Shown in pieces: positions 1 to 9,569 of a DNA stretch of 64,000 bases. Position numbers and translations under genes: made by a program. A model generated the notes under the pieces. The model had not been told where the DNA came from. It saw only the letters and a list, made by a program, of their open reading frames with translations, and made no database searches. The stretch's first letter is position 1, and the number at the start of each line of letters is the position of its first letter. Source of the DNA: Candidatus Limnocylindrales bacterium (GTDB lineage: Bacteria; Chloroflexota; Limnocylindria; Limnocylindrales; CSP1-4). The stretch lies in assembly GCA_038329515.1 (NCBI GenBank), contig JBBQNA010000001.1, forward strand, positions 2,086 through 66,085, in the 5' to 3' direction.

Positions 1-650
1 TTCCAGGTGGTCGTGGCGGTGACGTTCACCGTCTGGGTCGTACCGTCCGGCAGCGTCACCGTGAAGCTGTCCGTGCCGACCGTCGCGACCGTGCCGCTCA
101 CGGACGCTGGCAGGACTGCGATGCCGGTGACGGTGTAGCTGCCGTCGGCATTGCGGGTCTGGGCGATCCCGACATCGTCACCGACCGCGATGTCCGCGAC
201 CGTGATGGTCGTGGTGCCCTTGGTCAGCACCACACCCGTGGTGTCGATGGTCCGGCTCCAGCCGTCCGCTGTCGCCAGCATCAGGCCGGTGCCGTCGATG
301 GCCGTCACCATCACGTCACTCCGGTCCATGCCGACCATGCCGCCGCGGCCGTCCTGCTGGCCGCCGCGGCCGTCCGGCTGGCCGCCGAAGCCCCGGCCGG
401 GGCCGCCCATCTGGCCCCGCCCGCCACCCTGACCACGACCACCATTCGGGCCACCATTGGCCTGCATGTTGCCGGGAGCCGCCGGCATGGTCGGGGTCGC
501 CTGGGTGTCGGTCGGTGCGGTGCTCGGTGACTGGGCCGAGGCGACCGCGCCGGTGAGCATCGTTGCGGCAAGCGCTGCCGTGGCGGCACCCACACGCAGT
601 GCGCGTCGGTGGTCTCGTCGGTTGCTGGTTTCCATGTCGGGTGTCTCCTG
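1..650 (-). CDS. Secreted DUF5666-like protein, partial. The gene continues beyond the window start; its N-terminus lies at 650.
   Basis: An unlisted frame, translated by hand from the ATG at 648-650, with GGAG RBS 9 nt upstream, gives METSNRRDHRRALRVGAATAALAATMLTGAVASAQ: a Tat/Sec-type signal. A Gly-rich GGxGG linker follows, then Thr/Val-rich beta repeats (GTVTAVDGT-like), as in DUF5666 proteins. The frame has no stop before the window edge. The supplied Pro-rich ORFs here are alternative frames. Confidence 0.6.
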
Positions 651-725
651 TGACGACGGTGGTGGAGGGACCGGTCCTCCCTGTTGATGTGCCCATCTCA
701 CAGTTCGAGCGTGAGGAATGCCTGA

Positions 726-995
726 GGATCCCATCCGGTCGTCAGCCGACTCTCATCCAGCACCCGGCCCGATGGCACGCTCACGGTGATGATCATCAAC
801 AAGACAGGCAGCGCCTTGCGCAGCAGCCTGACCCTCACGGGCGCGAGCTATGCGACAAGCGCACGTGCCTGGCGCTATGACGGCAGTGACCTGGGGCACC
901 TCCGCCAGGTCGGCGCTGCAACGATCCGCGGCGGCGTCAGCCGCCTCACGTACCCGGCCCGATCGATCACCCTGTTGGTCATCCCTCGGCGCTGA
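726..995 (+). pseudogene. Remnant of the C-terminal beta-sandwich domain of a glycoside hydrolase (about 90 codons, no catalytic domain upstream).
   Basis: The frame is open from 726 and reads RPDGTLTVMIINKTGSALRSSLTLTGASYATSARAWRYDGSDLGHLRQVGAATIRGGVSRLTYPARSITLLVIPRR. This is the typical GH C-terminal '...VTLINKG...L..GS...W.LTG.SL....TLP..SVTLLV' pattern. A stop lies immediately upstream at 723-725, and there is no room for a catalytic domain. Confidence 0.45.
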
Positions 996-1047
996 TCGGC
1001 CCCGATCGCCATTCTCAGGACCCTGTCATGTTCATGTGCTGGGATGA

Positions 1048-1323
1048 CCGGACGGGTCGACGAGCGACCCGCAACTGGCGATGGGTGGCTTCATCGGCAG
1101 CGACCCCTCACCCACCGCGGCCCAGCTGGAACAGCTCGTCGCCGCTGGGCGGCTGCGCTACGTGTTGCTGGGTGGCGGCGGAGGATTCGGGGGCCTCATG
1201 GGCGGTGCCGCGGCCCGTGAGCGCCAGGACTGGGTCCGCAGCACATGCACGCCCGTGAGCGACCGGTCCCTTGGCGGCAGCGACGGCCAACGGGCCACGC
1301 CCTACGACTGCGCGGCCAGCTGA
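1048..1323 (+). pseudogene. Remnant of the C-terminus of a GT39 (PMT/ArnT-like) glycosyltransferase.
   Basis: The frame from 1048 reads ...FIGSDPSPTAAQLEQLVAAGRLRYVLLGGGGGFGGLMGG...RQDWVRS...GGSDGQRATPYD. This matches the conserved C-terminal tail of actinobacterial family-39 glycosyltransferases (SDPSPT..yv.agk..yf.ggggg.gg...i.sWv......gg.tvYD). Only about 90 codons remain, a stop precedes it at 1045-1047, and it overlaps the 3' end of the convergent MFS gene. Confidence 0.4.
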
Positions 1324-2594
1324 TCGGTCCGCAGCGCATCCACCTGGCGCGGGATCATCACGAACGCGAACACCGCCGCGAGAGCGGTCGCGCCGAACCC
1401 CAGCCACACGGCAGCCTCCAATGACGTCGTGGCCAGGATGCCCCCGATGGCGGCGCCGATGGGGTAGCCCAGGAAGTTGAAGGCCATCGAGACCGCAAAG
1501 GCGCGGCCGAGCATCGCGGGATCCGTCCGACGCTGGCGCATCGTGAACAGGCCGATGTCCATCGGGCCATTCAGCAGGCCCGTGATGACCAGCGAGCCGA
1601 GCAGCGCCATCCAGGCCAGCGCAACGTCCGTGGGGTTCGCGGCGGGCAGCATCAGCAGCGTGGCAGGGCACATGAGGGTGATGGGCACGACCAGCAGTAG
1701 CCACTCCCGTCGCCTGGAGTCGATGCGCCCCGAGAGACCCACCGAGATGACGCCTGCGACACCCGAGATGGCGAACACGAGGCCCACCATCGCGTCAGTG
1801 CCACCCAATCGCTGGAGCACCATGACGGGGATGGTGATGGTCGCGATGCCACCCGCCAGGTTCAGCACCGAGATGGAGAAACCCAGGCCGCGCAGGGAGC
1901 GGTTGCCCCAGACGTAGCGCAGCCCGCCCCAGGCATCGACCAGCAGCCGGCCACTGCTGGTGGGCATGCCCGCCGGCTCCCGCACCGGCCACAGGACGAT
2001 GGCCGCGAGCAGGTATGGGATGGCGATGCAGGTGACGGCGACCCGGGGTCCCAGGAGCGCCACCATCACCGCTGCGAGGGGCGGACCCACGATCGTGGCC
2101 ACGACATAGCCGCTGGAGTCGAGCGCGTTGACGCGCTCCCAGAGGTACTTCGGCGCCATCATCGGGAACAGGCTGCGCAGCCCGGTCTGGCTGAAGGGAC
2201 CGGTCATCGAGGACACCGCAGCGATGATGACCAACAGCGGCTCGGACAGGACACCGGCCAGTGCCAGTCCGCCAATGAGCACCATCGTCGCCATCGCGAC
2301 CAGGTAGTCGAGCACGATGAGCCGCACCCGGCCGTGGCGATCCAGGAGCGCTCCCGCGATGGGGCTGAGCAGGATGCCCGGCAACAGGATGGCGAAGGTG
2401 ACGACGCCCGCGACCGCGGGTGATCGGTACTCCGCGAGCGCGAACAGGACCAGGGCCACGGAGACCATGGCCTGGGCGATACGTGCCAGCTGCATCGACA
2501 GCACCACCCGACCGAGGTCCGGGATCGCGAAGACCGCTCGGTAGGACCGGTCCACGGGCGCGACGGGGTCGGCTGCAGGGGTCTCGCTGAACAT
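1302..2594 (-). CDS. MFS transporter (12-TM major facilitator).
   Basis: The supplied 725-aa ORF is an artificial N-terminal extension. The real start is the ATG at 2592-2594 (MFSETPAADPV...). The product is hydrophobic with repeated TM segments and the MFS-like motif GALLDRHGRVRLIV after TM2. Confidence 0.8.
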   Translation of the reverse strand: MFSETPAADPVAPVDRSYRAVFAIPDLGRVVLSMQLARIAQAMVSVALVLFALAEYRSPAVAGVVTFAILLPGILLSPIAGALLDRHGRVRLIVLDYLVAMATMVLIGGLALAGVLSEPLLVIIAAVSSMTGPFSQTGLRSLFPMMAPKYLWERVNALDSSGYVVATIVGPPLAAVMVALLGPRVAVTCIAIPYLLAAIVLWPVREPAGMPTSSGRLLVDAWGGLRYVWGNRSLRGLGFSISVLNLAGGIATITIPVMVLQRLGGTDAMVGLVFAISGVAGVISVGLSGRIDSRRREWLLLVVPITLMCPATLLMLPAANPTDVALAWMALLGSLVITGLLNGPMDIGLFTMRQRRTDPAMLGRAFAVSMAFNFLGYPIGAAIGGILATTSLEAAVWLGFGATALAAVFAFVMIPRQVDALRTDQLAAQS

Positions 2595-2698
2595 GGGCGC
2601 TGCCAGTCTGATGCCTTGGCCGCCGGTCCGTCCTGGCCGTCCTGGCTGGGCATGGGCAACCGGCGACCGCCGGATGCCCGACGGGGTGGGTGCCGTAC

Positions 2699-3419
2699 CA
2701 TGCTGGACGCCATGACCATCGATGAAGCCCTGGACCGGTTCGCCATCGTGGACGGGACCGCAGACCATGACGCCATCACCATGCTCCAGGGGTTCGTCGA
2801 GGACTTCGGGCCGGGCTACCTGACCGGTGATGAGGCGCAGGCGTACGCGCGGGCGATGATCGGCGGCCTCCCGCGTCCGTTCGCCACCACCGCGGATCCG
2901 AGCGTGCTGCCGACCCTGATGCCGGAGTTCCTGTACGACTACCTGGTGTCCACCTTCGAGGGGGAGCCGGAGGAGGCGCACGGGATCGCCGAGACGATGG
3001 TGCGGCTGCTCGGATGGCTGGCGGATGAAGGCGCCATCGACCACCGTGAGGCGAAGGACGCGATGGCGGTGTGCCAACGGGCCGCCGACCAGCTGCCGCG
3101 TGCGATGGTGCTCGGGACGCTGCTCGACCGCCAGGCCGACCGCGTCGATCCAAGCCTTGAGTTCCAGCCAACGGACGTGGTCGATGGCCTGATGCGCATC
3201 GCGCGCGTCCAGCCAGGCATGCTCTGGTTCGCCGACGGTGTCGGCCCGGTGCCCATCGGGGAGGCGGCCAGCCGGGTCGCCCAGGAAGGCTGGTGGGTGG
3301 ATATCACCGTTGCCTCCAAGGGTGGCTTCTGGCACGTGCTGGAGGTAGGTTCGGTGTTTCCGGAGCGCATCGTGCATGAGGCCGACGAGGCCGACGAGCT
3401 CGACGAGGCCGACGCATGA
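2699..3419 (+). CDS. Hypothetical cytoplasmic protein, acidic C-terminus (EADEADELDEADA); co-transcribed with GH1.
   Basis: ORF 2616..3419 with high GC3. Its stop overlaps the GH1 start as ATGA (3416-3419). Start chosen at MLDAMTIDEAL; earlier ATGs at 2616 and 2652 are possible. No recognisable family. Confidence 0.5.
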
Positions 3420-4816
3420 TCGACCGCCGCCGTGGCACATTCCCCGAGCGGTTCGTGTGGGGTGCCGCAACGTCGTCATACCAGATCGAGGGCGCGACGG
3501 ATGCCGACGGTCGCGGGATGTCCATCTGGGACACGTTCTCGCGGACGCCGGGCAAGGTCGTGGCTGGCGACACGGGTGATGTGGCCGCCGACCACTACCA
3601 CCGCTACCCGGAGGATGTGGCGCTCATGGCACGCCTGGGTCTGCGCGCCTACCGGTTCTCCGTCGCGTGGCCACGGATCATGCCCACGGGCGCAGGTCAG
3701 GTGGAGCAGCGCGGCCTGGACTTCTATCGGCGGCTCGTGGACGAGCTGCTCGCACATGACATCGAGCCCTACCTCACCCTCTACCACTGGGACCTGCCGC
3801 AGGCGCTCCAGGACGCGGGCGGCTGGCCGGCTCGCGACACCGCACTCCGGTTCGCGGAGTACGCCGAGGTCGTGTATCGGGCGCTCCACGACCGCGTCCA
3901 GTGGTGGAGCACCATCAACGAGCCGTGGTGCGTGGCGCTCCTGGGTTACGCGGCAGGCAAGCACGCTCCGGGTGAGCGTGCACCGGGTCGGGCGATCCGG
4001 GCCATCCACCACGTGCTGCTGGGCCACGGCCTCGGGGTCCGCGCCATGCGTGCCATCGACCCGACACCACGACAGGGCATCGTGCTCAATCTGGCGCCCG
4101 TGCGGGTCGATGCCCCCGAGCCCGATGCCACGGTCATGGCCGACGCGCGGCACGTGGATGGGTACCGCAACCGCGTCTGGCTGGAGCCGCTGCTCCAGGG
4201 CCGCTACCCCGCCGACATGGTGGAGCTGGCCGACCGCTTCGGTGGCTTCGGGGTGCAGCTGGATGACATGGAGGCCATCAGCACGCCCTTCGACTGGCTG
4301 GGTATCAACTACTACAACGACATCATCCTGGCGCCCGGCGGTGGCCCGGTGGCCGGCCGTGACGGTGTCCACCCGGGCGTCGACCATGTCCATGAGGCAC
4401 CGCCCGTTGGCGCCTCGACCGACATGGGCTGGCCCATCACACCCGACGGGATGCGGCAGCTGCTGGTGTCCATCGGACGGGACCATCCCAACGCGCCGCC
4501 CATGATCATCACCGAGAACGGTGCCGCGTATGACGACCCCATCCTCGCGGACGGCACCATCGACGATGACCGTCGGGTGGACTACCTCCGACGACACCTG
4601 CTGGCTGTCAGCGATGCCATAGCGGAGGGTGCCGACGTCCGCGGCTACCTCACCTGGTCACTGCTCGACAACTTCGAGTGGGCGGAGGGGTACTCCAAGC
4701 GGTTCGGCATCGTCCATGTCGACTACGACACCCTGGTCCGGACACCCAGACGGAGCGCTCACTGGTATCGCGAGGTCATCGAGCGCAATGGGGTCGCCGA
4801 CGATGAGCCGATATGA
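3416..4816 (+). CDS. GH1 family beta-glucosidase.
   Basis: N-terminal FPERFVWGAATSSYQIEG. Catalytic motifs TINEPW (acid/base Glu) and ITENGAAY (nucleophile Glu). Length 466 aa. Confidence 0.93.
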   Translation: MIDRRRGTFPERFVWGAATSSYQIEGATDADGRGMSIWDTFSRTPGKVVAGDTGDVAADHYHRYPEDVALMARLGLRAYRFSVAWPRIMPTGAGQVEQRGLDFYRRLVDELLAHDIEPYLTLYHWDLPQALQDAGGWPARDTALRFAEYAEVVYRALHDRVQWWSTINEPWCVALLGYAAGKHAPGERAPGRAIRAIHHVLLGHGLGVRAMRAIDPTPRQGIVLNLAPVRVDAPEPDATVMADARHVDGYRNRVWLEPLLQGRYPADMVELADRFGGFGVQLDDMEAISTPFDWLGINYYNDIILAPGGGPVAGRDGVHPGVDHVHEAPPVGASTDMGWPITPDGMRQLLVSIGRDHPNAPPMIITENGAAYDDPILADGTIDDDRRVDYLRRHLLAVSDAIAEGADVRGYLTWSLLDNFEWAEGYSKRFGIVHVDYDTLVRTPRRSAHWYREVIERNGVADDEPI

Positions 4817-4840
4817 GGAGCAGTCACAGCACGGACCTTC

Positions 4841-4859
4841 GTGACACACAACGTGTCAC
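4841..4859. promoter_or_regulatory. Perfect 7-bp inverted repeat GTGACAC-N5-GTGTCAC, 25 nt downstream of the GH1 stop.
   Basis: Read directly in the sequence. There is no U-tract. It could be a terminator-like hairpin or a dimeric regulator operator. Confidence 0.3.
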
Positions 4860-5008
4860 AGCCGGGCGCGATGGTCCGTGATGGTCGGGCCCTGCCCCCA
4901 CTGGGCCCGACCGCTTCATGCTCGGCCTGCGGCCTGGTAGCGCCTCGAAGAAGGTCACCGCCATGGTCACATGTATCGCGCGTGATCCGTACGATCGTTC
5001 TATTCCGC

Positions 5009-5037
5009 TAGCGGGGTCAGCGGCTGCCTGCTATACT
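5009..5037 (+). promoter_or_regulatory. Putative promoter of the cold-shock gene (-10 TATACT at 5032-5037).
   Basis: A -10-like hexamer lies about 100 nt upstream of the csp start. This is consistent with the long 5'UTR typical of cspA-family mRNAs. The -35 element is weak. Confidence 0.2.
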
Positions 5038-5140
5038 CCGCGCTGTCGCTCGATGTGAGCGACGCTCCGCGTGGTCGACCGCCCTTCTCGAACGGACCGT
5101 GCGTCTGCTTTTGAGTTCGGGAAGCGTGAAAGGGCACCAC

Positions 5141-5344
5141 ATGTCCGCAGGAACCATCAAGAAGGTCGTTGCTGACCGCGGCTTCGGTTTTATCACCGCC
5201 GAGGACGGCAAGGACTACTTCTTCCACCGTAACGAGCTCGACTCGACGCTGGACTTCGATCGCCTCAACGGCGGCGAGCGCGTCTCGTTCGACGTCCAGC
5301 AGAGCCCCAAGGGCCCGCGCGCGACTCGCGTCAGCGCAGCCTGA
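5141..5344 (+). CDS. csp: Cold-shock protein (CspA family, S1-like OB fold).
   Basis: MSAGTIKKVVADRGFGFITAEDGKDYFFHRNEL: RNP1/RNP2 motifs (GFGFI, DYFFH). 67 aa from the ATG at 5141. Confidence 0.92.
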   Translation: MSAGTIKKVVADRGFGFITAEDGKDYFFHRNELDSTLDFDRLNGGERVSFDVQQSPKGPRATRVSAA

Positions 5345-5494
5345 TCAGGCTCTGATCGGAGGCCGTGCAAGCGGCCCCCGATGACGGATCCCCGGCCGAA
5401 GGCCGGGGATCTTCGGATTCCGGGCCAAACCGGTGATCCCGGGCCGGAACCGACTCGACTTGCGCCGCTCCCCTGCGGCAGGCATGATCCCGCG

Positions 5495-7390
5495 ATGCGA
5501 TCTGCGCCCCGCATCCTCATCAGCCTGCTCCTCGTCGCGTCGCTGGTGATGCCGGCGGGGGCCGGCGCCGCGACGCCCAAGGGGCAGGTACGTGTGGACC
5601 AGGTCGGCTACACCGTGGAGCAATCCAAGGTCGCATGGCTGCTGGTGCCCCGTCTCCGTGCCGCGCAGGTGTTCCATGTGGAAGCCCGGGACGGCACGGT
5701 CGCCTTCACCGCCACCGCGGGCACCAGCACCGGTCGCTGGAACCGGGTCTACCGGGCGGTGCAGCCGCTCGACTTCTCCGATCTGCGGCGACCCGGCGAG
5801 TACCGCATCATCGTCCCCGGCAACCCCGGGGTCGCGTCGCCCTGGTTCCGCATCGGCTCGGCGTGGCAGCTCGTGGACCCGCTCATCGGCGATACGGTCA
5901 CCTTCTTCCAGGCGCAGCGGGATGGTCCCGATGTCATCCCCGGCGACCTGGGTCGCAAGCCCAGCCACCTCAACGACAGTGCGGCCGCGATGTACCAGTG
6001 GCCGGACTATCCCGATCCCGATTCGGATGCCATCGACGGTGACCTGACGCCGCTCGGCGGCACCACCGACCTCAGTGGTGGCTGGTTCGATGCCGGGGAC
6101 TTCATCAAATTCAGCCACTCCACGGCGTACGCGGATGCGCTGCTGTGGGCTGCGCAGCGGGAGCTTGGCGCCGCGGCACCCGAGACGCTCATCCCGGAAG
6201 CGCGATTCGGGCTCGATTGGATCGCCAAGGCGTGGCATCCGGACACCGGCGCGCTGGATCTCCAGGTGGGCATCGGCGGGGGCGATATCCAGGGCACGTA
6301 CGTCGGTGATCACGATGCGTGGCGCCTACCCGAGACCGATGATGCCCTGACGGACGCGTCGAACCGCTACCTCAGCCACCGCCCGGCGTTCGCGGCCAAT
6401 GCGCCGGGCGCACCCCTGCCGCCGAACCTGGCGGGACGCGTCGCTGCGGCGTTCGCGCTGGCTGCCCAGGTGACGGCTGCCTCCGACCCTTCCCGGGCCG
6501 CCATGCTGCTGGACACCGCGGTCGAGGTGTTCGATGCCGCCAAGACGCAGGACGTCCAGGAAGCAGATGTGGTCACGGCACTGCCCCGCGCGTTCTACCC
6601 CGAGTCCTCCTGGCGTGATGACATGGCCTGGGGTGCCGCCGAGCTGGCGTTGGCCGGTCAGGCGCTCGACGACCCCCGATCGGACGCTTGGCTCACGACC
6701 AGCGCGCTGTGGATCACCGACTACCTGGCTACGGAGTCCGGCCAGGACACGCTCAACCTGTACGACACCAGCGCGCTCGCCATGGGCGACCTGGTGCGGG
6801 CCATGCGGGCCACGGACGCGCCTCTCTCGGGCATCACGGAGGAGCTGCTGCTGGGCGGCCTCCGGGCGCAACTGCACGGTGCCGTGGCGCGGGCTGCCAA
6901 GGACCCGTTCGGCGCCGGCGTTGCCACGGACGAGTTCGATGCTGCGCCGCATGCCTTCGGGCTCATCGCGACGGCGCGCCTGTATCGGCTGCTGACCGGC
7001 GACGACACCTACGACGCGTTCGCCGCGCAGCAGCGGGACTGGGTGTTCGGGGCTAACCCGTGGGGCGTCTCGATGATGATCGGGGCCGGGTCGCGATCTC
7101 CCCTGTGTCCCCAGCACGTCGTCGCCAACCTGTCGGGCCAGCAGGACGGAACGGCACCGATCCTTCGGGGAGCGGTCGTGAACGGGCCCAACAGTGCCGA
7201 GCTGTTCTCCGACGGACCCGACGAGTCCTTCGACGAGGCCCACGCCTGCCCCACCGATGGCAAGGACCGTTTCGCGGCATTCACCGGCCGCGGCAGTCGG
7301 TTCGTGGACAACGTGAGTGCCTGGCAGACGGTCGAGCCGGCGCTCGACTTCAGTGCCATCGCGGCCTACGCGCTGGCGCTCACCCGATAG
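5495..7390 (+). CDS. Secreted GH9 endoglucanase (cellulase) with N-terminal Ig-like (CelD_N) domain.
   Basis: Signal peptide MRSAPRILISLLLVASLVMPAGAGAA. GH9 signatures DLSGGWFDAGDFIKFS. Length about 630 aa. Confidence 0.85.
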   Translation: MRSAPRILISLLLVASLVMPAGAGAATPKGQVRVDQVGYTVEQSKVAWLLVPRLRAAQVFHVEARDGTVAFTATAGTSTGRWNRVYRAVQPLDFSDLRRPGEYRIIVPGNPGVASPWFRIGSAWQLVDPLIGDTVTFFQAQRDGPDVIPGDLGRKPSHLNDSAAAMYQWPDYPDPDSDAIDGDLTPLGGTTDLSGGWFDAGDFIKFSHSTAYADALLWAAQRELGAAAPETLIPEARFGLDWIAKAWHPDTGALDLQVGIGGGDIQGTYVGDHDAWRLPETDDALTDASNRYLSHRPAFAANAPGAPLPPNLAGRVAAAFALAAQVTAASDPSRAAMLLDTAVEVFDAAKTQDVQEADVVTALPRAFYPESSWRDDMAWGAAELALAGQALDDPRSDAWLTTSALWITDYLATESGQDTLNLYDTSALAMGDLVRAMRATDAPLSGITEELLLGGLRAQLHGAVARAAKDPFGAGVATDEFDAAPHAFGLIATARLYRLLTGDDTYDAFAAQQRDWVFGANPWGVSMMIGAGSRSPLCPQHVVANLSGQQDGTAPILRGAVVNGPNSAELFSDGPDESFDEAHACPTDGKDRFAAFTGRGSRFVDNVSAWQTVEPALDFSAIAAYALALTR

Positions 7391-7430
7391 CGACTGGCAC
7401 TCCGGGATCGCTCGGCGCGATCTCATCGGG

Positions 7431-7456
7431 ATCTCAGGTCAGGCAGCGTACCCTGA
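7431..7456 (+). terminator. Hairpin AGGTCAGG-N10-CCTGACCT between the GH9 gene and the response regulator.
   Basis: An 8-bp inverted repeat read in the sequence, ending 8 nt before the RR start codon. It could be a terminator or attenuator. No U-tract. Confidence 0.25.
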
Positions 7457-7463
7457 CCTCGAC

Positions 7464-8144
7464 ATGCACCTCCTGATCGTGGAAGATGACGACCGACTCC
7501 GACGGCTCCTCAAGCGGATGCTCGAGGAACAGCGACACGTCGTGGAAGCCTGCGCCACGGGCGAGGAAGGCTACGGCGTGGCCAGTGCCCCGGGCGATGC
7601 CATCGACGTCGTCATCCTGGATGTCGGGCTGCCGGACATCAGCGGCCTCGAGGTCGCCCAGCGGCTCCGGCGGGACAAGAACCAGGTCGCCATCCTGATG
7701 CTCACGGCACGTGACACGGTCGGCGACCGGGTGACCGGGCTGGATGCCGGCGCCGATGACTACCTGGTCAAGCCGTTCGCGTTCGCGGAGCTGTCAGCGC
7801 GCCTGCGTGCCCTCGGTCGTCGGTCGTCCAATGGCACCCGGCGCCCAGAGCCGCGACTCAGGGTCGGTCCCATCGTGCTGGACGAGACGCGCCGGCTGGT
7901 GACCATCGCGGACCAGCCGGTGGAGCTGAGCCCGCGTGAGTTCTCGCTGCTCGAGTGCTTCCTGCGCCATCCCGACCAGGCGCTCACCCGCGACCAGCTG
8001 CTGGACCATGCGTGGCCGTTCGGCGTCGCCGTGACGCCCAACGCGGTGGACGCCTATGTCCACTACCTGCGCGACAAGCTGGGCAGCGCCGGCGGCATGA
8101 TCCGCACCGTTCGAGGCGTTGGCTACCGCCTCAGCGATGCTTGA
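7464..8144 (+). CDS. OmpR-family response regulator.
   Basis: Receiver domain (LIVEDD...D...ILMLTA...K) plus a winged-helix trans_reg_C domain (GVGYRL). Confidence 0.9.
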   Translation: MHLLIVEDDDRLRRLLKRMLEEQRHVVEACATGEEGYGVASAPGDAIDVVILDVGLPDISGLEVAQRLRRDKNQVAILMLTARDTVGDRVTGLDAGADDYLVKPFAFAELSARLRALGRRSSNGTRRPEPRLRVGPIVLDETRRLVTIADQPVELSPREFSLLECFLRHPDQALTRDQLLDHAWPFGVAVTPNAVDAYVHYLRDKLGSAGGMIRTVRGVGYRLSDA

Positions 8145-9507
8145 CGAGTCCCCACCCGGCGCGGTGGCCCAACCGGGACGAGCCGTGGACGACGACATCG
8201 AGCGGAGTCGCGACGCGCGCATGATCCGGGGCGTCCGATGGCGCCTGGTGCTGTTCAGCGGCGGCGCGACGCTCATCGTGCTGTTGCTGCTCGGTGTGGC
8301 CATCTATACCGCAGTCTCCAACTCTCTGGCCGCCCAGGGTGTGGGCCGGCTGGACGAGCGAGCCGCGCCCATCGTCCAATGGGTCAAGAGCGGCATGGCC
8401 GGACCTGCTCCCATCAATCCGCGGTTCGGCGGCCGGACGACGGGCACCCTGGCGCTGCTCATGGACGACGACGATCGGGTCCAGGAACAGGACTTTCGTG
8501 GTCAGCTCATCGACGGCCTGCCGGATACCGACAGCATCGCCAACGCGCGCATGGCCGGGCGTGACGTCCGTACCCTCGCCGCCCAGGGATTTCCCTTGCG
8601 GGTCCTGAGTGTGGCGACCGACACGCCCACCGGCACCGAGTACGTGACCCAGATCATCCAGGACCGGACCGCGGAGCAGGAGACGCTCGATTCGCTGCTC
8701 CAGGTGCTCATCGGCGGCGGCGTGCTCGCCCTCGTGCTCGCGAGCATCCTGGGCGCCGCGTATGCCACGCGCGCGCTGGTGCCCATCCGGGCATCGCTGG
8801 GCGCCCAGCGGGAGGCACTCCGGCGCCAGCGGGAGTTCGCGGCAGACGCCAGCCATGAGCTGCGAACGCCATTGACCATCGTGCGTTCGAGCGTCGAGGA
8901 CCTTCGACTCCATGGGCACCAGCCGGTGGCCGAGGTCGGCAGCGCGCTGGATGACATCGATGCCGAGGTCGGTCACCTCACGTCGCTGGTGGAGGACCTG
9001 CTGCTCCTGGCGCGCTCCGATTCGGGCGCCCTGGACCTGACGCTCCAACCCGTCGAACTGGGAGACATCGCCGCCGACGCTGCCTTCGCGATGATGTCGC
9101 CCGCGGCAGCTCGGGGCGTGCGCATCGAAGTCGACCCGGAGCCCGTGATGGTCACCGGCGATCCGGTCCGGCTGCGCCAGGTGGTGACCATCCTGGTCGA
9201 CAACGCCGTGCGTCACAGCCCCGACGGCGGCGAGGTGCGGGTCCGCGTCCGTCGCGAGCGGTCCTCTGCGCAGGTGGTGGTGGAAGACCAGGGCCCCGGC
9301 GTGCGTCCGGAGGACCTCGCCCACGTCTTCGACCGCTTCTGGCGTGCCCAGAACTCCCCCGGTGGCGGCACCGGCCTGGGGCTCGCCATCGCGGCCACCA
9401 TCGTGACCCGCATGGGCGGTCGGATCGGCGTCGCCGACCGGTCCAGTGGTGGTGCCGTGTTCACGGTCGAGCTGCCCGTGCTGGCCCCCGCCGGCCGCTC
9501 GGTGTAG
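8137..9507 (+). CDS. Sensor histidine kinase (HisKA + HATPase_c), cognate to the upstream response regulator.
   Basis: H-box HELRTPLT. N/G boxes (DNAVRHS, GTGLGLAIA). Two N-terminal TM segments. The ATG at 8137 overlaps the RR stop (ATGCTTGA). Confidence 0.85.
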   Translation: MLDESPPGAVAQPGRAVDDDIERSRDARMIRGVRWRLVLFSGGATLIVLLLLGVAIYTAVSNSLAAQGVGRLDERAAPIVQWVKSGMAGPAPINPRFGGRTTGTLALLMDDDDRVQEQDFRGQLIDGLPDTDSIANARMAGRDVRTLAAQGFPLRVLSVATDTPTGTEYVTQIIQDRTAEQETLDSLLQVLIGGGVLALVLASILGAAYATRALVPIRASLGAQREALRRQREFAADASHELRTPLTIVRSSVEDLRLHGHQPVAEVGSALDDIDAEVGHLTSLVEDLLLLARSDSGALDLTLQPVELGDIAADAAFAMMSPAAARGVRIEVDPEPVMVTGDPVRLRQVVTILVDNAVRHSPDGGEVRVRVRRERSSAQVVVEDQGPGVRPEDLAHVFDRFWRAQNSPGGGTGLGLAIAATIVTRMGGRIGVADRSSGGAVFTVELPVLAPAGRSV

Positions 9508-9569
9508 TTCTCTTCACCTCCGCTCGCACCGAACGGATTCTCATCGGATCCTCAGCCAACGAGGACATC

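Noticed and set aside
151-696. Pro-rich ORFs 151..432 (+), 311..595 (-), 316..696 (-)
   Set aside because: These are alternative frames of the partial DUF5666-like gene. The unlisted frame starting at 650 has a proper RBS, a signal peptide and family-like repeats.
1302-3479. 725-aa ORF presented as a single protein
   Set aside because: Only the C-terminal 431 aa form an MFS transporter. The upstream 294 aa are non-protein-like and overlap a better + strand ORF (2699..3419). The true start is ATG 2594.
4817-5140. tRNA or ncRNA in the 324-bp gap before csp
   Set aside because: No cloverleaf-compatible sequence and no T-loop consensus (GTTCGAATC-like) seen. The gap is best explained as the csp promoter plus a long 5'UTR. 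The same check was negative for the other gaps over 150 bp.
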